From an uncultured virus (IMG/VR IMGVR_UViG_3300044732_000510) (taxonomy: Duplodnaviria > Heunggongvirae > Uroviricota > Caudoviricetes), in IMG/VR virus record IMGVR_UViG_3300044732_000510: DNA of 53,937 nucleotides. One strand, given 5' to 3'. The translations under genes were made by a program, and so were the position numbers. Below the pieces are notes generated by a model that saw only the letters and a program-made list of their open reading frames with translations, had not been told where the DNA came from and made no database searches. Of the stretch, positions 10,682 through 20,506 are shown piece after piece. The first letter of the stretch is position 1. Each line of letters opens with the position of its first letter.

Positions 10682-12346
10682 TTAAGGACAAGAATAATTT
10701 TTAATATCTGTTGTACAAGGATCTAAATATGCAATAAGTCCATCAAGTTCTACCCAACCAAATCCACCAAGATTAGTTTCATCATTAGCATCACAGCTAA
10801 ATGGATATGTTAATGTAGCTGCATAATCTAATTCAACAGGTTGTACACCAGAAGCAGGTGAACTGTTCATTACACTTGTTGCACTTTGATATTGTGGGAC
10901 ATATTCTCCAGATCTTACATGTGATACAAGATTATTTGCAAGAGAAGTGCTGTATGGATTACCCACAGTTGCACCTGCAGATGCTTCATAATCTTTTACT
11001 AATTGAAACATTAATGTTTTATTTGATAAAATATAAGGTTTTAAAAGTGTGGTTAACATTCCACTGTATATTGGTGCAGGGCTTATCTGTATGTATCTAA
11101 ATGCTAATGTGTAATTTAAAGCATAACTATTATCAAAGTTAGTTCCAGTATCAACTATAGAAGTTGGTATAACTGAGTTACCTTGATTAAATGTAATAGA
11201 TCCACCCGGGTTTAATACTACAGATCCAGGACCTGATTGTGATGGAGCAACTGTTGTATTTAGAAAATAAGTATCTGTCAAAGGAGAAGATCCATTATAA
11301 TCCCATATTAATGGTTGATTACCATTTAAAGGATCCTCTAATGGAATCATAACAGTTCCTCTAAAGTGAACAGCATTTCCTATTCTTCTACACTGTGGTA
11401 CTTTTTTATTTGCAATATTAAATGTTCCATACCATGCAAATCCATCTAGATCTACCCAACCAGTATCTTGTATATTTGCAGATAATACTCCAGCTGTCAA
11501 ATCTAAGTTTACACTATTAGTATTAGTTGTACTCACAAGTCCAGTAGAAACTGCAGCATATACATCACATATTACAATCCATGCATTAGTAATACTTTCT
11601 GCAAGAGTTGCTGGAACAGGTGTCCAATTTGGATCTGTTGTTACATCAGTACCGAAAGAACATGCTGGAACCAATGAGTTTCCAATATCTGCTGGTGTTC
11701 CTAATACACCTAACAAAGAACAGTAACCGCTAGCAACACTGTTAATTAATTGATCTAATACAGTATCTATTGCATATGAGTTTCCTAAAATCAAAGTACC
11801 AATATTACATCCTACTATAATTGTTGGTGTTGGTGTTACCGGTGGTGGTGTATTTTCTAATGTTGTTACTCTAACAAGTAAATCTGTAATTTGAATTTGT
11901 AAGTTTATGATCTCATTTATAATAGAAGTAATCTTCTGACCAATCATATTTACATAGTCTACTAACTGCATTGTAGTTTGAGTACCTATAACAAAAGGTT
12001 CTGCAACTGTAACTACACAGTCAGGACATGTTGAAGTAGATCTTCTAGTACCTGCTAATTCTGTTTCATTAATATTTTCAAGAGCACAGACTCTATTAAT
12101 AATTAATTGAATTAGTTTTTGGAAATCATCTGGAGGACATGCTATTAAATTAAAACATGATAAATCATAGTTTGTAATTTTAAGTGTATCCATTATAGCA
12201 CATAGTTCAACAGCTAGTTTATATACTACATCAGATACAGTGTCTCCTGTACATAATTTAATACATGGAATATCTGGACCTTGCCATATCACACAATTAC
12301 TTGATATTGGGCTACATGGTCTATTATCTAAGTTTAATGGCTTCAT
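10682..12346 (-). CDS. Putative tail fibre/collar protein (Cys-rich N-terminus, coiled coil, beta-rich C-terminus)
   Basis: Heptad segment IINLQIQITDLLVRVTTLE and a DTGWVDL...RRIGNAVHFRG motif typical of fibre C-terminal domains. Confidence 0.55.
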   Translation of the reverse strand: MKPLNLDNRPCSPISSNCVIWQGPDIPCIKLCTGDTVSDVVYKLAVELCAIMDTLKITNYDLSCFNLIACPPDDFQKLIQLIINRVCALENINETELAGTRRSTSTCPDCVVTVAEPFVIGTQTTMQLVDYVNMIGQKITSIINEIINLQIQITDLLVRVTTLENTPPPVTPTPTIIVGCNIGTLILGNSYAIDTVLDQLINSVASGYCSLLGVLGTPADIGNSLVPACSFGTDVTTDPNWTPVPATLAESITNAWIVICDVYAAVSTGLVSTTNTNSVNLDLTAGVLSANIQDTGWVDLDGFAWYGTFNIANKKVPQCRRIGNAVHFRGTVMIPLEDPLNGNQPLIWDYNGSSPLTDTYFLNTTVAPSQSGPGSVVLNPGGSITFNQGNSVIPTSIVDTGTNFDNSYALNYTLAFRYIQISPAPIYSGMLTTLLKPYILSNKTLMFQLVKDYEASAGATVGNPYSTSLANNLVSHVRSGEYVPQYQSATSVMNSSPASGVQPVELDYAATLTYPFSCDANDETNLGGFGWVELDGLIAYLDPCTTDIKNYSCP

Positions 12347-12364
12347 ATTATAATATACTAATTA

Positions 12365-14452
12365 TTATTGAGAATTACAAGTCTTAAGTGTAGTATTACA
12401 TCCACACCCGCATGAACTTGGTGGACAACCGCAAGACTGAATAGATTTACATATATAATCAGGGTCAACTAAAGCAGCCAAATCTATTAGCTCTTTTTTA
12501 ATTAACCACTTTTCATCATCTTCAGGACAACAGTTACTTATTCCATATCTGAGTCTCATGACTTCTTTATACAATATCTCTGATGCTCTACAAGTAATCT
12601 TTTCCCACTTATCTATATCACATGTAGGAACAGAGTATCCAGGTTTAATTTTTCTTTTAGGAACAACTATAGGACAAGTGTAAACACCAACTGTATTAGT
12701 TGATTCACATTCTCCAAATATTTCTAATGTATCTGTGTCAGGATAATCTATTGTCCAAACCTTAAGACATATCTTTCCACTTGTTTCTCCTGCTCCTAAT
12801 GTTAAAACTACTGTTTGATCATTACAATCTATATACTCATACTCTTTATTTTGAGTGCTAAAATTTGTCATTTTATTACACATGCACGGAAGTACAGGTG
12901 TACAAGATGGACAATTTACATAAGTATTAGTTATTGTAACAGCTACCGGATTTATTGGTATCTCAACTTCACTTATTTCCCAGCAGCCCTCACAGCCTTG
13001 TACATTAACTATATCATCAAGATAAGTAGAAAGATCAGAACCTGTATATATTGGATCAAGTAAATTATTACAATCTTCTAATATATAATACTGAGTCAAA
13101 CATGCAGTACATGAGTTAAATGAAGTTACTATAACTACAGTAGTTACACTTGGTGGTTGGAAATCTATAAGTTCTACAAAGAAACAACCACAGTCTTCTA
13201 CTTTAACATACTCTCCAACATAGTTAGATAAATCTTGGTAAGTATATTTTATATCATTTGGGTTTTCACAACCTGTAAGTTTATATGCTATTATAGGTAA
13301 ACATTCTTGACAAGATTCATACTCTCTAACTACTATGGCACTAATGGGACAATCACAAAGTTCTTCTGACTCTTTTACAGACCAACATCCATCATAACCT
13401 ACTATTTCAACTACAGTATTAGTATTGGCATATTGAAATAAACTTTGTAGTGTAGAGTACAGTATTTGACCTGTATCACAGTTTTCAAGCTCATAGCATA
13501 CTAATGGGCATTCCCCATCTATACATGCTCCATTATTGATAATTTGATAATTATTAACTATACCATTTACAGTTGGATAGGTTTGTGAACAGAATTTTTG
13601 TAATGGTCCAGGACCTACAACAGTTTGTAAAACACCATTACAATCTAAATATTTTACTTGTTTAAATGTTCCTGTTATCTCATAACATTCACATGGACAA
13701 GGTGTTGGAAAAGTATCATCAATTCCAAAGTCATTAACAGGATTGTCACAAGGTCCTGTATTTTCTAGTAGAAACCAGGTTGATAATTCACCATCTATAG
13801 AGATTACTAGATACTCACCTACTGTGGCATTAGTTTCTAAAAATGGATTTGTACTAAGAAATGATACACCCTCACAATTAATCAGTCTATAACACTTTGG
13901 TTGACAGTCACATATTTCTTGGTATTCAGGATCTGTACACTTTGCTTCAGGATCTGTTGTAATTACTGTAAAATAAGCTAAAGAAGGGGCAGGTCCTAAA
14001 CCAACCCAATTTGAACCTAGATAAGTATTTACTCTATAACAACTATCTGAAAAGCCTGGAAATAATGTAGTAGGTTTTACAAGTGTACCGTAATCTGTTG
14101 TACCATCATATATAAATTCTAAGAAATCAGTATCATCACAACAGCTTGTGAATCTTATTATTTCACGTTCAAACAGTGGTTCACATGCAATACACTGTTC
14201 ATCAGAACAGTTTGAAACAAGTGTAAAATCATTATAACTTGGTGCCTCAGGATAGGAAGCAAAATTAGTATCAACTACTTGTATTGTATAACACTGACTA
14301 TTTTCAAATGATACACCATTAATAATAAAATTAGTTCCATTATATACATATACACCATTAGGTACTGGACCATCAGGTATATGAAAGTTTGTTATTTGAG
14401 TACCTGAGTCAGGACAACATGGTATAATATTATATCTAGGAACTGCAGCCAT
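12365..14452 (-). CDS. Cys-rich repeat structural protein (695 aa)
   Basis: About four repeats of roughly 70 aa with the pattern Y-x-L-x-x-C...L-x-x-Y...V...GC(W/F), within the tail module. Confidence 0.6.
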   Translation of the reverse strand: MAAVPRYNIIPCCPDSGTQITNFHIPDGPVPNGVYVYNGTNFIINGVSFENSQCYTIQVVDTNFASYPEAPSYNDFTLVSNCSDEQCIACEPLFEREIIRFTSCCDDTDFLEFIYDGTTDYGTLVKPTTLFPGFSDSCYRVNTYLGSNWVGLGPAPSLAYFTVITTDPEAKCTDPEYQEICDCQPKCYRLINCEGVSFLSTNPFLETNATVGEYLVISIDGELSTWFLLENTGPCDNPVNDFGIDDTFPTPCPCECYEITGTFKQVKYLDCNGVLQTVVGPGPLQKFCSQTYPTVNGIVNNYQIINNGACIDGECPLVCYELENCDTGQILYSTLQSLFQYANTNTVVEIVGYDGCWSVKESEELCDCPISAIVVREYESCQECLPIIAYKLTGCENPNDIKYTYQDLSNYVGEYVKVEDCGCFFVELIDFQPPSVTTVVIVTSFNSCTACLTQYYILEDCNNLLDPIYTGSDLSTYLDDIVNVQGCEGCWEISEVEIPINPVAVTITNTYVNCPSCTPVLPCMCNKMTNFSTQNKEYEYIDCNDQTVVLTLGAGETSGKICLKVWTIDYPDTDTLEIFGECESTNTVGVYTCPIVVPKRKIKPGYSVPTCDIDKWEKITCRASEILYKEVMRLRYGISNCCPEDDEKWLIKKELIDLAALVDPDYICKSIQSCGCPPSSCGCGCNTTLKTCNSQ

Positions 14453-14453
14453 T

Positions 14454-14645
14454 TTATTTGGTAAATTTCTTCAGGTTTAAATATCTATTTGGTCCCCAAG
14501 TATTTGTGGTTGTAACAGGTTTAGCTGGAGTAACAGTTTTAGCTACTTTGGTAGCACAACTACTACATCCTTGTTTTCCATTTGGAAGTGTTCTTTTCTG
14601 ACATCCACAACTTAATTTGGCTCCGCAATTAGGACAACTACTCAT
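14454..14645 (-). CDS. Small Cys-rich, metal-binding-like protein
   Basis: CPNCG..LSCGCQ...GCSSC; tightly packed in the operon and preceded by an AAAACCAAC leader. Confidence 0.65.
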   Translation of the reverse strand: MSSCPNCGAKLSCGCQKRTLPNGKQGCSSCATKVAKTVTPAKPVTTTNTWGPNRYLNLKKFTK

Positions 14646-14664
14646 TTTGTTGGTTTTAAAATGT

Positions 14665-15207
14665 TTAACAATTAGTACAAGTTAATTTATTTAAAAGCTT
14701 AAGTGCATAATTGTACAAGCTCATTCCTTTCTGAGGCTCATGACAATATTCTACTTTTGCTTTTGCAGCTTGAAGATACATATTAATTAATCTCAAAGCT
14801 TCTAATTTCTTTTTGATTGCTGCTGGCGGATCACATGCTGCAGCATCTACATCACACAAAACTTTATTGTACTTTATTAAAGCTTGTGTAATTCTCATGT
14901 GGTTGTATTCTACATACACCTGATCATTAGGAGATACACTATACTTGATAATATATATCCCGTCCGGTATATCATAGTTTACTGTTCCACAATCTACAGT
15001 TTGTAACTGAAGATCACATGCAGTTATTGTCTCTGCAAAGTTTTCAGTAGTATCTAGCTGTACTGAATATCCAAATCCAGGTACAGTTATATTTAATGTA
15101 GGACAAGTTACCGGAAGTAATGTTGTATAAACACTTGTATCAAATAATTTCATGATACATGAGTTCATTACTGTAGGTACTTCCAAGCTTAATACATGAT
15201 TTGCCAT
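14665..15207 (-). CDS. Putative tail hub protein
   Basis: The L.DTSVY...L.IT.PG...PDGIY.I.YS pattern followed by a helical C-terminus resembles crAss-like hub proteins. Confidence 0.5.
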   Translation of the reverse strand: MANHVLSLEVPTVMNSCIMKLFDTSVYTTLLPVTCPTLNITVPGFGYSVQLDTTENFAETITACDLQLQTVDCGTVNYDIPDGIYIIKYSVSPNDQVYVEYNHMRITQALIKYNKVLCDVDAAACDPPAAIKKKLEALRLINMYLQAAKAKVEYCHEPQKGMSLYNYALKLLNKLTCTNC

Positions 15208-15218
15208 GATGTTTATAA

Positions 15219-15256
15219 TAAAAAAGGGGAGGAGTATTACACTCGGCTCCCCCTTT
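15219..15256 (-). terminator. Intrinsic terminator
   Basis: GC-rich imperfect inverted repeat (GGGGAG.../...CTCCCC) followed by a T run on the minus strand. Confidence 0.65.
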
Positions 15257-15277
15257 ATGTTTATAGTTTAATTCCTA

Positions 15278-16858
15278 TTAATCACAGAACTGTGTTGTGT
15301 TAGGAGTGAAGTTTGTTGTTAAAACTGGGAAGTTATAAACTGGTTCACAAACTGGTTCAACACATCCTTCAACTTCAAGACCTGAACACTGAGAACAAGC
15401 ATCCAACCAATCATTTACAAAGTCTTCAAATTGTACTATGATACCACAAGTAATAATTTCTAACAAGTATTGGTCATTATCAAATGTACTAGTTGGGTTA
15501 TTGAAACGTGGTACATTATGTTGGATAAAGTATCTTGTGTACAATACATTACGGTTGATATAATCAAACACACTGTATCCTTGTGTAATCTCACGGATAC
15601 GGAAGTCTGAGTGGAAGAAGTTTTGTCTGTATTGCTCAGATAAAATAACATCTCTTGCAACTGACTCACCTAATCCCATTACTTGTCTTCCTTCACATTC
15701 TTTAACTACACATACTCCGTTGAACAAACATGGATCACCATTTAAGTCCATTTCAGATACATACAATCTAACTGGCTCTACTTCATAGAAGTCAGTAATT
15801 TGGAATGTACAGTTTTGGAATTTAGTATCTACATAAGCTCCGTTAAGAACTAAACCAGCACAACCATCAGGTGTGTGTCCTGGAGATACATAATGATCCC
15901 AAGTATCAACACCATTAGCAGCTAAGAAAGCAGCACTTGTTCCTGGTGCATACCAAGGAGTACCTGTTTCATCAACTAAGATGATTTGCATGAATGGAGA
16001 GATAACTGGATATCTTGTAATAGCTTCAGCCCATTGTTTGAAGATTAATGTAGAGTCAATTACTACTGGAGCAATTGCACCTTCTGGACAACATCCACCA
16101 TATGCAGAAGCAATGATGTAAGAGTTGTGGTTAAGTAATCTTAATGCAGGAGAACCTTTAACATCAACACGTAATGTATAAGTCTCACCACAGAAAAATT
16201 CTTTACAACAATTAGCACCAACACCAGCTGTTACAACAAATATAGGTTGTGTACCATCACCAACTTCAGGAATAAGTTCAGTTCCTGTTGTAGCTGTATC
16301 AGCTGTTGTCCAATCTGAACCACCATTTACAATTTCTACAAAAGTAACTTCACCACCTACTACAGTGATGTTAGCTACTAAACCAACTCCTGTTGAAGGA
16401 CCAACTGCAACTAATGGAATATCTGTGTATACACCATCAACTAAGTTAGCACCTGGATCACCAGCACCAGCTGTAGATAATGATAATGCAACGCTATCAG
16501 TCCAAGCTGTGTTACCAACGTGTACTACTTCATTTTGTGGTAAACATGGATCTACACGGTAGAATTTGTTTACATACTTAGGATTGATTTCCTTAGATTT
16601 GTTAGATTCTTGGTATCCACCATGGAAAGGACCAATTTTATCATTCTGATAAATTGAACCTGCAGCAAGAATAAGATTACAACATCCTAGTCCACTAGAA
16701 TAAGTTGTTGGTAATACTTGCCAAGTTTTAGGATTAACAAATCCAAATTGACCACCTTGAAAAATATTTCCAGTAGTTCCTAACTGACCTTCTGCAAGAT
16801 CAGTAAAACCATTTGTTCCCACAAAGGTTTTTCTAAAGGCATGATTAAAATAACTCAT
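15278..16858 (-). CDS. Virion structural protein, possibly an auxiliary capsid/decoration protein
   Basis: 526 aa with its own promoter-like motif and terminator. Lies between ring and hub genes and contains a Gly/Thr/Val-rich inserted domain. Confidence 0.45.
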   Translation of the reverse strand: MSYFNHAFRKTFVGTNGFTDLAEGQLGTTGNIFQGGQFGFVNPKTWQVLPTTYSSGLGCCNLILAAGSIYQNDKIGPFHGGYQESNKSKEINPKYVNKFYRVDPCLPQNEVVHVGNTAWTDSVALSLSTAGAGDPGANLVDGVYTDIPLVAVGPSTGVGLVANITVVGGEVTFVEIVNGGSDWTTADTATTGTELIPEVGDGTQPIFVVTAGVGANCCKEFFCGETYTLRVDVKGSPALRLLNHNSYIIASAYGGCCPEGAIAPVVIDSTLIFKQWAEAITRYPVISPFMQIILVDETGTPWYAPGTSAAFLAANGVDTWDHYVSPGHTPDGCAGLVLNGAYVDTKFQNCTFQITDFYEVEPVRLYVSEMDLNGDPCLFNGVCVVKECEGRQVMGLGESVARDVILSEQYRQNFFHSDFRIREITQGYSVFDYINRNVLYTRYFIQHNVPRFNNPTSTFDNDQYLLEIITCGIIVQFEDFVNDWLDACSQCSGLEVEGCVEPVCEPVYNFPVLTTNFTPNTTQFCD

Positions 16859-16924
16859 TGTTTTTTGTTTTTAGTTTATAAATAATATACTATAATATAG
16901 TAAATGTTTTTTAAATATCCAAAT

Positions 16925-17437
16925 TTATTTTAAGAAAAGTAATTTATACTTAGTAGAATTAATAGAATCTTTAACTAAGTCTAGGTTATTTACTATCTCT
17001 GAATAAGGTAACATCCCCTGAAGTTTGTTTATCATAGCATACAGATCTCTAAGATATGATACACCATCAGCTACAGTATCCAATGTTCTTGGTGCTACAT
17101 CTTTTATTGTCAATAGTTTTTCAGAAACTCCTTGATAACCTTCCACAAGTGTATCAGCCTGTCCTGGTAAACCATCATAGAAATCTCCTATTGCTATGTG
17201 AGCAGCATAAGAACCTTCTCCTTTTACTTTTAAATGAAGCTTGTGAAAACTATTTCTAGCATTCATAAGTTCCATTGCACATGCAGCTACCATATTATCT
17301 AATGAGCTACCACCTACACCTGTATCCGAAGTTGGTTGTGGTTTAGCTGATTCTTCTTTAGGTTGTGTTACAGTTACTTCTGGTCTACTGATTGTTCTAG
17401 CAGGTTCAGGATTTCTTTTTAACATTCTTGTTGCCAT
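16925..17437 (-). CDS. Ferritin/Dps-like four-helix protein (DUF5856-like)
   Basis: H..H...SYAAHIAIGDFYD.L...AD.LVE.YQG and a C-terminal INSTKYKL.FLK signature. Confidence 0.75.
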   Translation of the reverse strand: MATRMLKRNPEPARTISRPEVTVTQPKEESAKPQPTSDTGVGGSSLDNMVAACAMELMNARNSFHKLHLKVKGEGSYAAHIAIGDFYDGLPGQADTLVEGYQGVSEKLLTIKDVAPRTLDTVADGVSYLRDLYAMINKLQGMLPYSEIVNNLDLVKDSINSTKYKLLFLK

Positions 17438-17442
17438 TGTTT

Positions 17443-18141
17443 TTAGTTGTTACGTTCTGCAGTTTCTGTACCTCTAGAGAATTGGTTTGTTGACTCAATA
17501 TCTCCAGCAAGTATACTCACTGCCTCATCTATTATTAATTCTATTATATCATCTTTAAATTCACACAGTACTTCAGCTGTAGAAGCTACATTAGTATATG
17601 GATCTACACATCCCTGGATTTGAATTTTAATAGGCTGTCTGTAATACACTAAGTCAGCTTTTTCTATGTCAAATGCATTGTTAGTATATACATTTACTTT
17701 ATTACCTTTTAGAGTAGCAAAAGTTTCTGCCCATTCAAAACTAGGTTTTTTAGCATCATCTCTAAGTAACTGATTTAAGTTACCTTCTTCAGCAAGATAC
17801 ACAGTCATCCTTCTTTTATCACAGCATTCTTTGTTAGCAAAAACATCTACTCTTTTCCACTGAAGATATTCTTGCGGAAGCACAGATTCATAATATATTT
17901 CTTTATCTGTAAGAGTTAGATCATATGTAGATAATAGTACTTGCAAGTCATCCTTTCTTCTAGTAGATTGCTCATCACCTTCTTTAACTAAGTTTATACC
18001 ATGAAGTTGTCTTCTAACCCATTCTACCTGAGCTTTATTAAAGCCTTCTACAATCTGCCAGCACTCAAGATTATCATAATCCTGACTGTCTAACTTATTG
18101 AGACGTTGTTTAATCTTTATGGTAATAGTACTGTTAAGCAT
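17443..18141 (-). CDS. Tail ring protein (crAss conserved gene downstream of the capsid block)
   Basis: LNKLDS...FNKAQ...E....DDLQ.L...YYRQP...IIDEAV pattern. Confidence 0.6.
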   Translation of the reverse strand: MLNSTITIKIKQRLNKLDSQDYDNLECWQIVEGFNKAQVEWVRRQLHGINLVKEGDEQSTRRKDDLQVLLSTYDLTLTDKEIYYESVLPQEYLQWKRVDVFANKECCDKRRMTVYLAEEGNLNQLLRDDAKKPSFEWAETFATLKGNKVNVYTNNAFDIEKADLVYYRQPIKIQIQGCVDPYTNVASTAEVLCEFKDDIIELIIDEAVSILAGDIESTNQFSRGTETAERNN

Positions 18142-18143
18142 TC

Positions 18144-18347
18144 TTATCTGTTTTTAGCCATTTTTTTTAAAGTTCTTGCAAGAGCTTTTCTTTTAGGAGT
18201 ACAAGTAGGTTTTGACATGGGTGTGCAATAACCTTTGTGTTTAGGATTAATTGCATTCTGTATCCAGTTTTTGTCAGTAGATCCTCCCTTTTTATACTCA
18301 CGGTTTGTTTTAATGATTTTATCTAGTGAGTTTTTAACATCTCCCAT
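18144..18347 (-). CDS. Small basic virion core-like protein
   Basis: Lys-rich, with YKKGG and NWIQNAI...RKALARTLKKM motifs. Confidence 0.6.
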   Translation of the reverse strand: MGDVKNSLDKIIKTNREYKKGGSTDKNWIQNAINPKHKGYCTPMSKPTCTPKRKALARTLKKMAKNR

Positions 18348-18349
18348 GA

Positions 18350-19030
18350 CTATTTCTTTTTAACTGCTCCCCCTTTTTTCTGGAATCCCATTTTGTTTCT
18401 TACAGCAGTAGGTAATTTTGATAAACCAACTTTACCTGCCGGTACTGGTTTTAATGAACCACCTGCTTTAAACTTTCTTTCAGCAACACAATTACCAGAA
18501 GCATCTTTAACCATACCTCCACGGCATCCTGGTTTTACTGCTCTACTAGTTGTAGAACCACCTTTTTTAAATCCTAATGAATCTGTTCTACCAGCATTAG
18601 GAATACCATAGATTCCCATTTTAGTATTGTCTCCACCTTTTTGAGCTGGAGCATATCCACCAGTGTTACCACCAGCAGCATATTTCTTAACTGATCCGCC
18701 TTTTCTTTTTTCTTCAGTAGCATTAGAAGCTAGTTGTTTTCTTGCTTCTTTAGTTGTCATAGCTGGATTAGATTTTTTAAGTTCTTTAACAGCCTTTCTT
18801 TTTTTGCTAAAATCAGAAATTATTTTACCAGCTACACCGGCAACACCACTAATTGATGTAGCAAGACCAGCTACAGCTGATGTACAATCAATACACTTTT
18901 TACCATCCCAACATTTATTAACACCAGGACAAGGGTTACTAGAAGACCCACCTTTAGCCATTTTCTTAACAGCAGCAACTTTGCCACCTTCTTTCATTTT
19001 GCCACCACAACCGTATTTACAAGTTTTCAT
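18350..19030 (-). CDS. Basic xxGG-repeat protein
   Basis: About 10 GG motifs (MKEGG, MAKGG, YAAGG, FKKGG, FKAGG...) and a C-terminal LKPVP...GLSKLPTAVRNKMGF module. Confidence 0.7.
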   Translation of the reverse strand: MKTCKYGCGGKMKEGGKVAAVKKMAKGGSSSNPCPGVNKCWDGKKCIDCTSAVAGLATSISGVAGVAGKIISDFSKKRKAVKELKKSNPAMTTKEARKQLASNATEEKRKGGSVKKYAAGGNTGGYAPAQKGGDNTKMGIYGIPNAGRTDSLGFKKGGSTTSRAVKPGCRGGMVKDASGNCVAERKFKAGGSLKPVPAGKVGLSKLPTAVRNKMGFQKKGGAVKKK

Positions 19031-19042
19031 TTTATATATAAT

Positions 19043-19393
19043 TTAACAATTCCATTTTCTTAGTGAAAGAGCCTTTCTTGTAGGTCTTCCTTTTTCATCC
19101 TTCATAGGACCCTTTACTCCAGACATTCTGCTACAAAAGCTCCGTCTTCTCTTAGCATCTTTACTATCTGGATCTAGTTTAGAAGGCTTAGTAGTTACAG
19201 CCATCTTAAGTTTACTTCCTGGATTCTCTCTTCTATAAGAAGCAACACCTTTTGCATTAAGACCTCCTGTCTTATTTTTTCCTTCTGACCTTGTCCATGC
19301 GGGAGTAGAACCACCAGATTTCATCTTAGGTTTTTTACCAGCTTTCTTCATTGAAATAGCTATTGCTGCTTGCTGTGCTCTACTTCCTGCCAT
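19043..19393 (-). CDS. Basic phage protein (DUF6321-like)
   Basis: PAWTRSEGKN..GGLN.KG..SY...RR.SFC.RM.G...SLRKWNC motif. Confidence 0.65.
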   Translation of the reverse strand: MAGSRAQQAAIAISMKKAGKKPKMKSGGSTPAWTRSEGKNKTGGLNAKGVASYRRENPGSKLKMAVTTKPSKLDPDSKDAKRRRSFCSRMSGVKGPMKDEKGRPTRKALSLRKWNC

Positions 19394-19646
19394 TTTTCTT
19401 ACCTTTATATTTATAGTCCGGGTTATCTTTATGCCATTTCTTTGTAGCTGCTACTCCTTGCTTAATTGTTTTTGCTCTTCCTTTTGCAGTTAAGTCTATA
19501 GTATCCCACTGTCCTTTATCTTTGGTAGGATGGTTAACCATTATGTTACCAACCTTTCCTTCACCTTTTTTTGTAGTCTTTTTATATACTACATGTTTTT
19601 CACCACCGGCAGTTACTGTTACTTTCTTAGTCTTTGCCTGTGCCAT
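19380..19646 (-). CDS. Small basic hypothetical protein
   Basis: Lys-rich ORF overlapping its neighbour in the operon. Confidence 0.65.
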   Translation of the reverse strand: MAQAKTKKVTVTAGGEKHVVYKKTTKKGEGKVGNIMVNHPTKDKGQWDTIDLTAKGRAKTIKQGVAATKKWHKDNPDYKYKGKKNGRK

Positions 19647-19648
19647 GA

Positions 19649-19894
19649 TTAAATCTTTTTACCAGCAGCAATGCTGTTAAATTCTTTTGCTTTTTCAGCT
19701 GCCATCTTTTTTACATCTGCCATTAACTTAGCATTCTTTTGAATCTCAGCAGCTCTTTGTAAACAAGACATAGCAGATTCAATTTCCCATTTTCTCATAT
19801 CAGCCTTATTACTTCCACCTAAAATGGAAATACCAACTGAAGAAGTTGATTTCTTAGCTGGTGCTTTTTTAGTTGTTGTTTTTTTAATTGCCAT
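19649..19894 (-). CDS. Small basic hypothetical protein
   Basis: Histone-tail-like N-terminus (KKTTTKKAPAKK); tight operon packing. Confidence 0.65.
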   Translation of the reverse strand: MAIKKTTTKKAPAKKSTSSVGISILGGSNKADMRKWEIESAMSCLQRAAEIQKNAKLMADVKKMAAEKAKEFNSIAAGKKI

Positions 19895-19899
19895 AACTA

Positions 19900-20163
19900 T
19901 TAATGTTTTTTAGATGTTCTTAATCCTTTAGAAGAAGCTTGTCTTCTCAATGAACTTCCTTTTATTACTGATCCACCTTTTTTCTTTACTATAGGACCTG
20001 GTTCTGCAGGTTTATAAGGTGTAGGTATGAACATTTCATTGTTAGGATCATTTGCAGGATTATTTTCTGCAGATCTAAAAGCTGCTTGAGCCGCTTGCTT
20101 TTGTGTCATAGGACCAATCTCTACACCATTTTCACCCTTAATTAATTTTTTTCTTGATTTCAT
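19900..20163 (-). CDS. Small basic hypothetical protein
   Basis: KKKGG motif; tight operon packing. Confidence 0.6.
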   Translation of the reverse strand: MKSRKKLIKGENGVEIGPMTQKQAAQAAFRSAENNPANDPNNEMFIPTPYKPAEPGPIVKKKGGSVIKGSSLRRQASSKGLRTSKKH

Positions 20164-20165
20164 AA

Positions 20166-20504
20166 CTATGCTTTTTTAACTCTTCTTCCCATACCTACTC
20201 TAGACTTCTCAGCTTTTTTAGCAGCTAGTTTAGAAGGAGTTAGTTCATACTTTGTTTTAGGAGTATCCTTTGATACTCTTTTTGTAGGCCGGCAGTATTC
20301 ATTTTTACCACCGGCACCACAAGGTTTTCCTGATTTAGTATCTTGCCATTTCTCTGCTTGCCATCTTTTAAGCTCTGATCCTTCTTTAGTTTTTCTCACT
20401 GTGCCTGAACCTTTACGGCATTTGGCAATAGCTTGAGAAGCCCTTGCTGAAGGGAACACAGCATACCGTGCTTTTACACTATGATAGCAAGAATCCTTTG
20501 GCAT
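20166..20504 (-). CDS. Basic Cys-containing viral protein (DUF5872-like)
   Basis: CY..VK.RY.VFPSA.AS.AI.KCRK...LKRW..EKW...KPCG...YCRPTKRVSK.TPKT signature. Confidence 0.6.
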   Translation of the reverse strand: MPKDSCYHSVKARYAVFPSARASQAIAKCRKGSGTVRKTKEGSELKRWQAEKWQDTKSGKPCGAGGKNEYCRPTKRVSKDTPKTKYELTPSKLAAKKAEKSRVGMGRRVKKA

Positions 20505-20506
20505 GA

